Source of the DNA: Intoshia linei
Lineage: Eukaryota; Animalia; Orthonectida
DNA: 64,000 nt
Direction: 5' to 3'
Assembly: GCA_001642005.1 (NCBI GenBank)
Contig: LWCA01000001.1
Coordinates: 1 to 64,000, forward strand
Shown here: positions 13,377-25,835 of the stretch, piece after piece
Layout: each line of letters starts with the position of its first letter
Numbering within the stretch: the stretch's first letter is position 1
Notes under the pieces: model-generated
Database searches by the model: none
Told to the model about the DNA's origin: nothing
What the model saw: the letters and a program-made list of their open reading frames with translations, nothing else
Position numbers and translations under genes: made by a program

Positions 13377-14810
13377 ATGTCAGATAGATACTCCTTTTCA
13401 CTTACAACATTCAGGTAATTATTTATTTTACCTCTTATTTTTACTCTTATGAAACTTATTTAATGAATAAAATGATTTATTAGTCCATCTGGAAAATTGG
13501 TGCAAATTGAATATGCTTTAGAAGCCGTTGCGTCAGGATTGCCATCAATTGGAATTAAAGGTAGAGAAATTTGAAAATTTTAACATTTCAACTAATAATT
13601 GCCTAATTATCAAATTGGTTTTAATCTATTTAATTTAGCAACGAATGGGGTGGTGTTGGCTACCGAAAAATCTAGGAGTAGCACATTATCCGACTTGTCT
13701 TCTGTTGAAAAGATTTCAAAAATTTCAAATAACATGGGAATGGTGTATAGTGGGTTTAGTTCTGATTCTCGGTAATTTACTTTTTTTTAATCCTTTGGTA
13801 TATTTTTAGACAATTGGTAAAATTTTCGAGAAAACTTTGTCAATCTTATAGCAGACGTTTTGGTAAAACCATCACACCTATTTCTATTGTATCGGAAATT
13901 GCTTTGTCCATGCAAGAATATACTCAACAAGGGTATATTTATTTTTCTTTTTCTTTGGTTTAATTCATTTTTAGAGGTGTTCGTCCGTATGGGTGCTCTT
14001 TGTTAATTGCTGGGTGGGACAAATCTAGAAATATTCCATTGTTATATCAATGCGATCCATCTGTAAGTTTTTATGTACATTATTGTACATTTATGTTAAA
14101 TATTTTTGCAAAATAGCTCAAAATAGCCAAATTTTCCCATTTCTGATTCCACCGGTCCATCGTAACAACCGAATCTACCATGCTGGAGGGACCCTACAAA
14201 TTGTTGAGATTCAAAAATATTCTTTGTTTTAAATGGAGAATTTAAATAAATTATCCCCGATTTTACAAAAATTTTGTCAAACACACGAAGAGGTATCGAT
14301 TATGGTGTTTCAGCTAGGTGTAGTAATATTTTAAATTTTTAAGCGGTCAGAAATTATGAAAAATTTCAAATCTTTTTGAATTTCTAAATGACGATTTTAT
14401 TTACAAACATTATTGACTGTTTTTGTAAAATTTTCGAAAAAATCTTTATTATTTAAAAATCAAAATGTAAGGCCTTCATCCTCCATTAATCAATTATTAA
14501 TTGACTTTAGCATACAATTGTATTGAATGATTATGTGTAATTTGATATATTATATTTTTAGGGTACTTATTTCGCCTGGAAGGCCACTGCCTTGGGTCAA
14601 AATTATGTAGGCACTCAAAATTTCCTCAAAGTTCGATATAACGACGAATTAGAATTGGAGGATGCCATTCATATGGCAATATTAGCTTTAAAATCAAATT
14701 TTGAAGGTGTTATGGATGGCAACAACATTGAAATTGCTGTTTGCGATGAAGAAGGTTTCCGAAATTTGACACCGGAAGAAATATCTGATTATTTAAGTAT
14801 TACTGGTTAA
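13377..14810 (+). CDS. PSMA2: Proteasome subunit alpha type-2
   Basis: [13 protein letters not shown]|[20 protein letters not shown]|[17 protein letters not shown]|[15 protein letters not shown] and [12 protein letters not shown]. Confidence 0.97.
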
Positions 14811-14948
14811 ATTACCGCTTAAAATCAATAAAATTTTTATAAACATGTAAATCATGGTAAAAACAAAAAATTTTATTGAAAATATCCAATTAATAATACA
14901 TTTAATGATTTTAATCTGATGGTTCATTTTGTATCGATACATTCCAAA

Positions 14949-15878
14949 TTAAAAATTGTTTTGTATATATAATTTTAAAGTTTCAACTTCTTGTTTACTT
15001 AAATGCGACATTAAAAGTTTGATTGCAGGCAGAACGGAATTCTATTTAAATGTATATAATTGTGAATCAAAAAAATTTACATTTTCAGATAATTTGTCTT
15101 TCTGTTTTGATTCAGATTGGAGCTCAAAAGGTGACACAGTTCTATTTATAGTTGAAACGTTTTTTGATTCGAAATTGCTACAAGTTCTCTGAATTTTTTT
15201 TACTTTTACATTGTCACTAAGGATTATATTTATATTTTTTAATGATACTTGTTTTTAGGGTTTATATTGATTAAATTTTCTTTCAAAAGGTTTGCTTCAA
15301 TCCTTTCTGATTTCGTTATAGCTAAATTGAAAATTTTACATGTAAATTTTTATTATTGTTAACTTACATTTATTGTCCAGTACACTTAGTTGAGGTAAAA
15401 TGTTGATTACTTTTAATCTATAATTTTCAATAAATGTACCTAAAAATTCCATTATAAATTTGATTTTAAAATTTACAAGGATTTTGTGAAAGCCATAAGA
15501 TTTCCAAATTTTTTAAATGAGCAATGTATTTTAAGTCGTCGATTTCAGCAATACTGTTTTTTCGTACATATAATTCTTTTAAATAGTGACAATTTCGTAA
15601 ACTTTTCAGAGAATTGATTTTATTGGCGCTATGTAATTATAATTTTGTAAGTGTATCTTACCTAGCACTAAATTTTTCCAGTAACGTAGCCCCTTCCAAA
15701 ATTTCTATATTTTCAATATCACAACCCCTAATTATTTTGTTACTCTTTATTGTTAAATTTTGTACAGAAACATGTACGATATTGTATTAAAATATTACCA
15801 ACAATTTAATATTGTTACTGCATTAATGTTTTTTAGTCGAGTACGGTTTTCAATTACGTCTTTTGATAAAACTGACAT
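14949..15878 (-). CDS. CFAP410: CFAP410 (C21orf2) LRR ciliary protein; not in the ORF track
   Basis: MSVLSKDVIENRTRLKNINAVTILNCW|GCDIENIEIL, ANKINSLKSLRNCHYLKELYVRKNSI...LEILWLSQNP, LRRcap YRLKVINILPQLSVLDN, and the C-terminal NSVLPAIKLLMSHL motif. Confidence 0.92.
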
Positions 15879-16396
15879 GGCTTATTGGTAATATAGTTTG
15901 TAATTTGTTTAAATTTTACAATATTTCAATTTTAGTACTATAGCTACTTTGAAATCAACAAAATTTATCAGTTCATTGATTTCAGTGTTGAATTCGTTAA
16001 AAATTTGAAAATTTTCCAAATTGCGGAATTGTTTCTTTCAAATTTTGAATTATAATTTAATTTTATTAAGTCATTGACGCCTTATTATTTACTTGCAAAG
16101 ATAAATGTATTTACAATGATCTTGTAATCGTTAATTACAGTTTAATTCTGTATCCTTTGTATTGAAATTACAATTGTAATTTTCCTACAATTTAGTAAAA
16201 TTTATAGTTTAAAAAAGAAGTGACTGAATAATTTTTATTCCATTCTTTGCCTACATACATTTGTACATTGTACATTTTGAGTGTATTGCATTGAAATTTC
16301 AAAATGATAATAATTTCCAAAATTCACCATAGATTAAAGTAAATAATTTACAGTTTACAATTTTTACTTTAATAATTAATTACCTCCCTGACGAAT

Positions 16397-18299
16397 ATGA
16401 ATTCATTCATTTTAAAACTATGCCAAGCTCAATATGATTTGGCAAACTCTAAATACGAAAAGTGTTTCGTGTCATGTGAAGAATTAATAAACTCTCAGAG
16501 AGGTCCATCCGAAGAAGACATAATATACATTACATCAAAATCTGAAACTTTTCAATCAGAATTTACGAAAACTCCGCTAGTTACACCATTTCACAAGCTT
16601 TACCTGTATTTAACATATTTTGACTGTTGTGTCAAAATAGACAATTTAAAAATTGATGAAAGTGACAATTGCCTGGAAAAATACCATTTAAATTTTGATT
16701 GGTTTAAATGTACCAATTACCCTTATATTCAGAATTCTAAATCCGAAAAATTTGTTTTTGAGGGTTTTAATACGGAAAGAGTCATTTTCCTTGTGGATCA
16801 GTATAAATTGTTAGATTTTCGAATGTATGCTAAAAATGATTCAACTGCTCAAATATTTTTTGATTTTGTTTACCACTTTTCAAAAAATAAAGAGGTTTGC
16901 CTAGAAATTTGCGATGAGATTTTAAAAAATAAAACAAAATTGCATTTTGGAGCTCAAATGCATGGATATTGGTTGTTGATGCAGGCTATAGCTTACTATT
17001 CGTTGGGATTATTTGATGATGCTTTGGTAATACACTTGATCTATATTATCTTGAATTAAAATTGGCTTTAGAAATCTGCGAAAAAAAGTAATACTACGAA
17101 AAGTTTATTTGATGCGTATCTGATGACTATAAATATATACGCTCAAATGAAAAGTTTTGATGAAGCTATCAATTCGTGTAAAGAAGGGCTACATTACTTT
17201 AGGAATAATTTAGTTTTAATGATTTTACATGCCAGACTCATTTATTTGACAAATGAAAATGTTTTGTCTAAAAATGTCATTCCTGGGTATGTTAAGGTAA
17301 ACTTTATATATGACAAATTTAATATTTTTTAGATTTTGAACATTGACAGTTTCAATATAGAATCAATGTCTTGTTTGGCTTGTTATTATTACAAATCTTT
17401 TAAATATGAACAGTCTCTTAATATATACCGAAGAATGCTAATATGTGGCGTTAAGAGTCCTGCTATATATGTTAATATAGGTAATTTGAATTAATTGATG
17501 TGAGGTTACAGATTAACAATTTAATTGACAGCGACAAAAAAATTATTTTTAACGTAGTAAAAAATTTCCCACTACTTTTGATAAATACCGACTTAATTGC
17601 GGTAATACTGCTAACAATGACAGCTTAAACCTAAGGTTTAACTTTAAGGTTTAAGTCCTTGTCCTTGTCTTTGTCCTTGGTCCACGTCAACTTTGCTTTA
17701 TTTAAATAATATTAATAAATCTAGCATTATCTTGTGCTCGGATTCAAAAACATGATTTAATATATACCTGCTTTGAAAGAGCCATATCCTTGAGCGATGA
17801 AACTAATCCGAAACAGAATACAAAAAATAATGATACTGCTCAAATATATTTCAATTTAGCTTATATTGCAATTTTGATACGGGAAGACACGTTTTCATAT
17901 CATTGTTTACGACTTTGTATATTTTATGCCAAACAAAACTCACCCTTGGTTTACAAAGCTTACAATAATATTGGTGTTTTAGAAATTTCCAACAACGGTT
18001 CAGTTGAAAAATCAATGAGTTTATTTAAAATGTCTTCAGAATATGTTGGTGAAAATGTATCAAAATTTAATGAAATTTTTTCCAAAAATGAAAAGAAATT
18101 AATGCTACAAGCCGATACTGATTTTGATGTTTCTGTCCCAATTTCAAATTTATTATTATTGGCAAAATTAAATTTACATTTTAATCATATCCCGTCTACT
18201 TTTGAAAAGGTATCTAGAGATAATTTGCATCGGAATGATAGGATTAATAACCTTTGTAAAGATATCAATCTTATTTTGTCTAGGCCCATTATTTTTTAA
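16397..18299 (+). CDS. TTC8: Divergent BBSome TPR subunit BBS8/TTC8
   Basis: IFFDFVYHFSKN, YYSLGLFDDAL, ILNIDSFNIESMSCL, YRRMLICGV, TCFERAISL, QIYFNLAYIAI, HCLRLCI and AYNNIGVLE are collinear with BBS8. Confidence 0.85.
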
Positions 18300-18924
18300 T
18301 TAAAATTAATTTAATTTATTTTGTGTCTGTTTAAAAAGATGTAAAATGAAAAGAGATTGTCAATTTATAAGTGTTTTAATGGCTAAATTGGATTTTATTA
18401 ATATTACATTCTAATTTGAATATTGATTAAGGTTCAGATATAAGATTAACGTTATTATAATTATAATTTATAATAGTTAGAGTTATGATTATGCATTAGG
18501 CCCTAATGATTATAGTATACAGTTTTGTTTGAATTAAAAAAAGGATATTTTACTGACGCTCCGAAATCTAATTTAGAACATTATTATCCAAAAAAAAATT
18601 TTAAAATACTGCAATTTCCTTTGGTTGAAATTTTTTTTAGCTTTTTTATAAACTACAAATTAAAATTTTATTGTAGTTCTTTTTGTATATAATATTGTTG
18701 TGAAATGATACATTGTAAATATATTAGAAGTGATTTAATTAACTAGAATTACTAATTTTGTCATTTATTCAAATTTTTGTAATTGGACTATAGATTCGAA
18801 TCTAATTTTTGAAAGTAGAAATCTTTTTCGATGGAATTCCCTTTGTTCAAGGAACGTTCCTATATTTCATTTGTAAACACTATTGATATGATTCAATTCA
18901 TAATTTTAATGTCGATGAAATCAT

Positions 18925-19083
18925 TTAGCTTTTGACCCGTAAGATGTGAGTTTGGGAGGTTAAAATTTACCTTACTAACACCGGAAAAAACTAATAGAAA
19001 TGAGGACTTTATAAAATTCTAAGACTGGTAGTTATTGAAATAAACGATAACACACATAAACAAACAACATATATAAGTAAGGA
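18925..19083 (-). mobile_element. Non-autonomous Helitron-like repeat copy
   Basis: On the minus strand it starts atccttacttatata followed by a tgtt-rich tract and ends cttacgggtcaaaagctaa. It is clearly homologous to about 51680-51880. Confidence 0.55.
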
Positions 19084-19132
19084 TTTGAATACTTTTATAA
19101 ATTAGTACAGGTAAATGATTTAATATTACATT

Positions 19133-22100
19133 TTAAATTAAACTGGTCGTATCATCATATTTATCCAATTTTCTATTTTTTTCTGAATTTTGAATCTGCT
19201 CAATCGGGAAAACTGAATGTTTTCTTTCATTGTCGTGAATGTGTTCATTGAATTTATCTAATTTTTTTAATTATTTCGAAATATTGATTTACACATGTAT
19301 ATTAAAAATTAATTTTATATAATCATTCTAATTTCTCCAATAAAATTTTATTGCGAGTGGTAACTAATTTCTTACCAGAAGTGAGTTACAACAACAAACA
19401 CCATTAAAAAGAGGAAATTAATTTGTTTTATGGTATTATCATAATAGAATTCAAGTTTCTGCAGAAATAATCGAAACTGTAATCCAGGGGTTCCCAAAGT
19501 GGGCGATATCGCCCCAGAGGTCGATTAATTCAGTTAGGGGGGGGCGATTATAAAAAGATAAATATAATTTTTTTTAATATATTTCAGTATAGTAAAATTG
19601 ATGCGGTACCAAATTTAAAATATAGTTCAATGTCAATGTTCATTGATTATTTTATTATAACATTTTAATTATTAATTACACACATTTGCAACACATACAA
19701 TGTATACCCAAAATACGATTTTAGACGGATAGAGTAAAGCGTTGATAAATTTTTTGGTTGTAAGGGGATTTTTTATAGAAAGTTTGGGATCCACTGATAT
19801 AAAAAGTGACAGTAATAAATATATATACGACGTAGTCGAAAAAGTTTTTAGGGGGGCGTTGAGAAAATATATTGCTAAAAAGGGGGCGATATGCAAAATG
19901 AGTTTGGGAACCCCTGCTGTAATCATTATTGTGATATAAGTTATTACTAATAACCAATAGTACTTTAATTTTATTTTTAAAATTAATCTATTTTGAGTAT
20001 TTTAACGAGACGCGATATATTGGCAAATGTCAAATGGACATTGTCTATATCACAATATTTGTATATTTTGAATAAAAATGTATATACTGAGTAAAAAACC
20101 CTCATTGGCCCACGTGTAAATGTATTGTATATATAAAATTATTTCATTTAAATCTGTACAATGTACATAAATATCATACAAATAAATGTAGTTTATTTAA
20201 CCTTCAAATATTATAATTAGTTTTTTTAATGTTAAATAGATTTTTGTTTAAACGTTAAAATCAGTCAGTCACTACATATGTAAAACAGAATATCTATACA
20301 GAAAAGATAATTAATAATATATATAAAAACATTTTAATTATAATAAGTACCACATTTGTCGATTTTTTTATCTGAATAGTTTTCTTTGTTTAATTTAGAA
20401 AATCTTAGTATTTGAGGATCATTTACCCAACGCAAAGTTTCATCTAAATTTTGTTTAATTTTTAATAGTTTTATACATACTCATGTTGAATTCATCAATT
20501 GAGTTATTTTTAGGTGTGTTGGATTGTTTTGAATTAGGTTTAGAAGTGGTATCTTCAACTAATTGTACGTTTTCTACGTTTTGGATGGCTCGTTGCTTAC
20601 CATAAAACCATGATCCAGACTTTTTGAATAACTAAAAATGTGTAATATAATGTCAATGTCATATAGTCTAAATAAAAATTTAATTTTGGTGTCATTTTTA
20701 CTTCCGTACCAAACAAACCGAATCTATTGAATTCTCGAAAAAAAAACAAATATCCCCATGTTTATTTCCTTAGAATCAAAGACTTATGAGGGATTGTCTT
20801 TCAGATTTATCGGTAGAATATTGGAGTTGAGCTAGGGTCATACACCGGGCATACGGGCATCATGACATAATAATATTTATTTTATACTAATAAATTAATA
20901 TTATAGTATAATGTATAGTGATTTGTATTCCATGGGAATACCAAATCACAGATAACTTCAGGTGGTCCACAGCTAAATTTTAATGGTCCTCAGAACTTAC
21001 AGTATGTAATACACATTACATTTTAAGACTTTTTTTAAAAATTTTGGCTAACTTTTATTATTTTGTGTAAGATTGAATAGAGAAAATCTTACTAATAAAA
21101 TTAGAAAGAAAATTGACGCATGGTTACTGAAATGAAATACATAAAAATTACCTAAAAAAATTCTAAAACCTTTTTTATATTAGTATTACAATTATTATAT
21201 AAATAAAAACATTTTTTAAATATATTTTAACATTTTAAAATTAATAAGTTATTTATAATAATAACAATGTTTAAATAAGGATTTAATCTTCAGATTTCAA
21301 AAAAGTCAAGAAATTCCTAAAACAAACTTTTTTTGAGATTTTTGGGATAACATTTTAGCAAATTTATGTAATTATATAACTTTCATGAGCATATTTCATT
21401 TTATTTAAATTTTAATAAATATTCAATGAACACACTTTTTATGATGCAATCATTTTTTCTCTTTTGTATAAAACGAATATCATAAATTAAACAACTATTC
21501 TTGTAGATATAGTAGTAAATATGTGGAGTATTATATATAATTGGAAAGGAAAAATCTGAACGTTACACACTACGAAATTATTAACAAAATTGAACACTAT
21601 TCAACGAAATGAAGCGAAGTATATGAAAAATACTATTATAATTAATAATACTATACTAAGCAAACAAAAGTTAATTTATTCTACATATATAATATAAATA
21701 TAGAAGTTATTTTTTCATAGTGAATCTTAGATTGTACTTTTAGTTCAAAAATATCTCAGAAAGGCTGTGATTACTAATTATAGAGAAAATTTGAGTTATC
21801 TGGTTATCAGTCAATATGAACTTTATCATAGGTTGCATAATAAAGATTTTATTTGACTTTATTACATGTAAACTATATACATTGTAAATAGTTTGAACTA
21901 ATTTAATTACGTCGTATAATAAGTCTCGTATTACATTATTTTGCATTTCTCATAAGCTATAATATTTTTGTAACAAAATATAGTACTTTTTGTTTTTTTT
22001 TAAAAAATCCCCTATTTTGGGAATTTATTAAACGTATCAGAATACATATTGAATATATTAAAATAAATATTTAAAAATTTACACTGATATGTTCGTGACA

Positions 22101-23638
22101 CAATTTACACACGGAATGGTCCTGCTGATTCGTTGTCGTGTCTATCATACAATTTGAACAGTATTGCTATTTATAATAAATACATTTAATTTTGATATAG
22201 TCAAATTTGGTATGTAAAAAGTTAATAAACAATGTATATTATCATATAATTTATATGCTTGTTGTCCTACTAATTAATTACCTTATTACATGTAACACAC
22301 GTAAGACAACTGATAAACAAACGAAACGTTTCTCCGCACAAATGGCAAACGCTTGTGTCATTATTTGTTACGTTATTTTCAAGTTTTTTAAGTTTATGAT
22401 TTAGATTTCTAAATGTATTGTATATTTTTTATAGTCATTTACCTTATTCTTTTTTTTTCTCTTTGTTCTAATTTTTTTGATCTCGCTAATACATTTATTA
22501 TAATTTGTTGTTCTTGACACGAATAAGTTACTTTTCGTTCGTCGTAATGACCAGTATGTATGGACCAGCCTCCTCCAATTCTAAAAGATATAATATAAAT
22601 TAAAAAGCTCCACGTTGTGATCATTGTACCCAGAACCGAAAATCAAAACTAGACACCTGAAAACTTTTCTCAAATGATAAGTAATGCCATATAACCACTA
22701 GGAACACGTCCACATGTCTGACCTTGACATTTTAAATTTGCTATACAAAATATATAAGTTTATATATATTATTTAAAATGAATTTTTTAGAAATACTCTA
22801 CTTGGCAAATTGAGGCCCACCATTTAAAAAATTTTTCGAGGTTTCGAAGAGTTGTCTCGTTGTATTAGATTTGACTCTCTTTATACAAATAATGGATTAA
22901 AGCGTCTCGTATCAGGTAAAGGATCCAGCCATGGAACGGTTTAATTTAAGAATAATTTGAATGGAGATAACGAAATGTCATTTTTTATTCAAATCTTCAT
23001 TTATAATAATTCATAATTTATTTCATAATAATGCGTATTCACTGATAGACATGTAGTATTTTTTAAATGTATATATCAGTATTTAACGTGTTTTGGATTG
23101 ACATTTTGAACATTTTTATCCGTTTTATCTTAATTAAATCAATAAATTCCTTATTAACGTGACCCATTTGATGTGAAAGGATTATGTATGCCTTTATATA
23201 GGGTAATGCGATGTAACACAATATTAACTATTTATATAATGTTTCAAACCACTAAAATGTATTATTTTGAAATTGTTTCAGGCCCCTAAAATTTTCCACG
23301 ATTTCTATAATAAATGTATTCTAGATCGGGAAGCACTGATGTACAGAAAATTTCATTATTATACTACAAATATAATATTTAAAATGTATATTGTACATTA
23401 TAACGCATTTTTTCTCAAATATTTAACAGTGGATACCAAAATTAACCCTAATTTTCATAAATTCAAACCTTCAACAACTTATAACCAAACTCTAAAACCT
23501 TACACGTCATAGATTATGAAAATACCATAAAATACTTACTTTGATCTGAGCATAAGATATCGGTCATTGGGACATTTCCACTGTTCCTTGCTAAATGCTT
23601 TTAATAATTTTATAAAACATTATATACTTTTTTCTCAT
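19133..23638 (-). CDS. Rabphilin/Noc2 (RPH3AL)-like Rab3/Rab27 effector without C2 domains; both ends approximate
   Basis: QWKCPNDRYLMLRSK|IGGGWSIHT...IINVLARSKKLEQREKKRI, zinc finger CHLC...CVTC|CSNC...CKLC, and LFKKSGSWFY (SGAWFF-type motif). Confidence 0.85.
19485..19916. mobile_element. hAT MITE in an intron of the rabphilin-like gene
   Basis: Perfect 14-bp TIRs caggggttcccaaa / tttgggaacccctg and a perfect 8-bp TSD ctgtaatc. Confidence 0.93.
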
Positions 23639-23779
23639 TTGTTTTTATTGTATTATTCCATGTTAAAATTAATAAAACGTATATAATATTAGTTACAATT
23701 TAGTACATCTCTGTTAACTAATACACATTTTCATTGTTCTACATTTTAGTTTAAATCGATATTAATTCAAATTTATACA

Positions 23780-24850
23780 TCGATTTATATGGGAATAGGC
23801 CATGTGAATTATATCTGATATCTAAATAGGTCACGCTAACTAAACTTTATAATATTATACAAGCTAAAATATGTTTCAAATAATATGTTACGAAATAATT
23901 TAATGCATATATCATGCTTCAATTTTGAAATGATTAATTACAATCTCAGTTAAACGTAAAATTTAAACAATTTCTTTTCTTTTTGGTTTCATCAATCTCA
24001 ACATTCTCTCTTATTATTTATTTTATCGACCACTTTAAGAATCCCTGATCTAGAAGTATGACAACTGGCATTATCTTGCTGATAAACAATTTTTCTTGTT
24101 ATTTTCGTGACGAGGAAGAAGAGAGATGAGATTTTGCTGCATGATGCTTTGATACTTAATAGAATTTATATTACCCTCTATTTTACAAAGCACCTGATAC
24201 CTCAATTTGAAAAATCCCCCATATCATAACACTTCCTTCATCGAACCTTATATTTGCTCTTTCTGTCATTTTATTACACAAATTGTTCTAAAAATACATA
24301 TATGTGATATGTATATGTAATAATTGAGACCATCCAAATTAAATTTTTTTTCGGTCATTCAAATAATATTTTTGGTATCAGTATTATATTTGAGATACTT
24401 TTTGGCCATTTGATTTTAGATACTTTGTGCCTTGGAAGTAGTTTAGATTTTAACAAGGATAATGTTAGAATTTTGTTTGGTAATATTGTTAACTGTAGAT
24501 TTATTACATTTATACCTTTGCAGCACATTTAGCCGCGGCACCTCTAACTCCCTTGTTATAAGTAGATATTATTTCTTTAATAATGTCTCGTTTGGTTCAA
24601 TTCGAAAGTGCTATATAGATATAGATAGGCTTGCAACCAGCATTAATTCTTCCTTCATCGTAACCTTGAAGGTTTTGAAAAAATAAATTAAATACATAAA
24701 ACGATCTTGTTACATTAAACGTGTATTTAAACGATCCGTTATATTCTATATGACCTGCCAATTTTATAGTCATCCAAGTCAGCTACAAGAATTAATTTTT
24801 TTTCATTTTGATTCAATTTATAACCTTTGGGAAATGCCCAATGGGCATAG
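23780..24850 (-). mobile_element. Decayed Tc3/Tc1-like transposase
   Basis: Minus-strand fragments KKFNLDG, GSVMIWGIF and YQQDNASCHTS (DDE motifs), broken by stops and frameshifts. Confidence 0.75.
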
Positions 24851-24994
24851 TCTAAGTTAATTGTTATAGAATTTATTAATTTATTATCATTATTATTTAT
24901 ATTTTTTTGGAAATTTAAAATTTAAAATTTAATAATAATATTAAAATTGAAATTTTGTTTAATTAGATCAAAATGAAAAGTATTTTAATTAAAA

Positions 24995-25275
24995 AATTGT
25001 CACTATAATTATTAAAATGTCAGTAATAAAATGTACTTTGTCAGTATTCAATTATATATTTTTCAGTTTTTAATTTAAATGCTGACAGTATTTTTTAATT
25101 AATTTTTTTTACTGCCCTTCCAATTTAAATACTGACAATTAATTATTTATACTGACACCTTGTCAACTGGCACCTAAAATACTGAAAATCCATTATATCA
25201 ACTGACAATTCAATAATTCTACTGATAAACCATTTAAAATACTGACACTTTACGGATTAAAATACTGACGCGATA
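24995..25275. repeat. TACTGAC/GTCAGTA array, foldback-like family copy 1
   Basis: Many actgac/gtcagt motifs. The stretch 25100-25170 is the near reverse complement of 39845-39913. Confidence 0.7.
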
Positions 25276-25835
25276 AATACAAGCCGATAAAAATTTGTGT
25301 AGATGCTTGCGATTTTTATTATATCGATATTTAAAATGCTTATAATTTTATAAAAATGTTCATAAAAATAAAAATAAATGAGGTAGACTTAAATTTAAAG
25401 ATGAAAAGTGAACAACCAAACATGACGATCAACACAAAACCACTCAAAGCATAGCTACAATATACCTTCATAACATTCCAGTAAATAAAGTCAATTTTAG
25501 TTTTTGTAGAACATTTTTGTATGAAATTTTTGAAATGGCAAGCGTCTCGGCAAAAAATTCTCTAATATCATTTTTTCAGTGTAGCCATAAAACTGTCTAA
25601 AATTTTATCCGTTCATACACCATAAAATTTTGCAAAAAAACTACGAAAATTCACACGCTTAATGTATATAACACAATATGTTATATATGACAGAGATAGG
25701 TGCTGTTTGTAGTACAAACAAACTTTGTACTAATTAAATAACAATCAAACCAGTTTTGGATATAAAAGTTTAATATATTGAATTGATTATTACAAAAATA
25801 AAATGTAAATGTTTTTCTCGAAGTTTTTTTAGACA

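Noticed and set aside
16150-16158. U12-type donor GTATCCTTT
   Set aside because: It is intergenic and has no downstream TCCTTAAC branch site.
19672-19957. Three overlapping short ORFs
   Set aside because: They lie within or across the end of a hAT MITE and are not genes.
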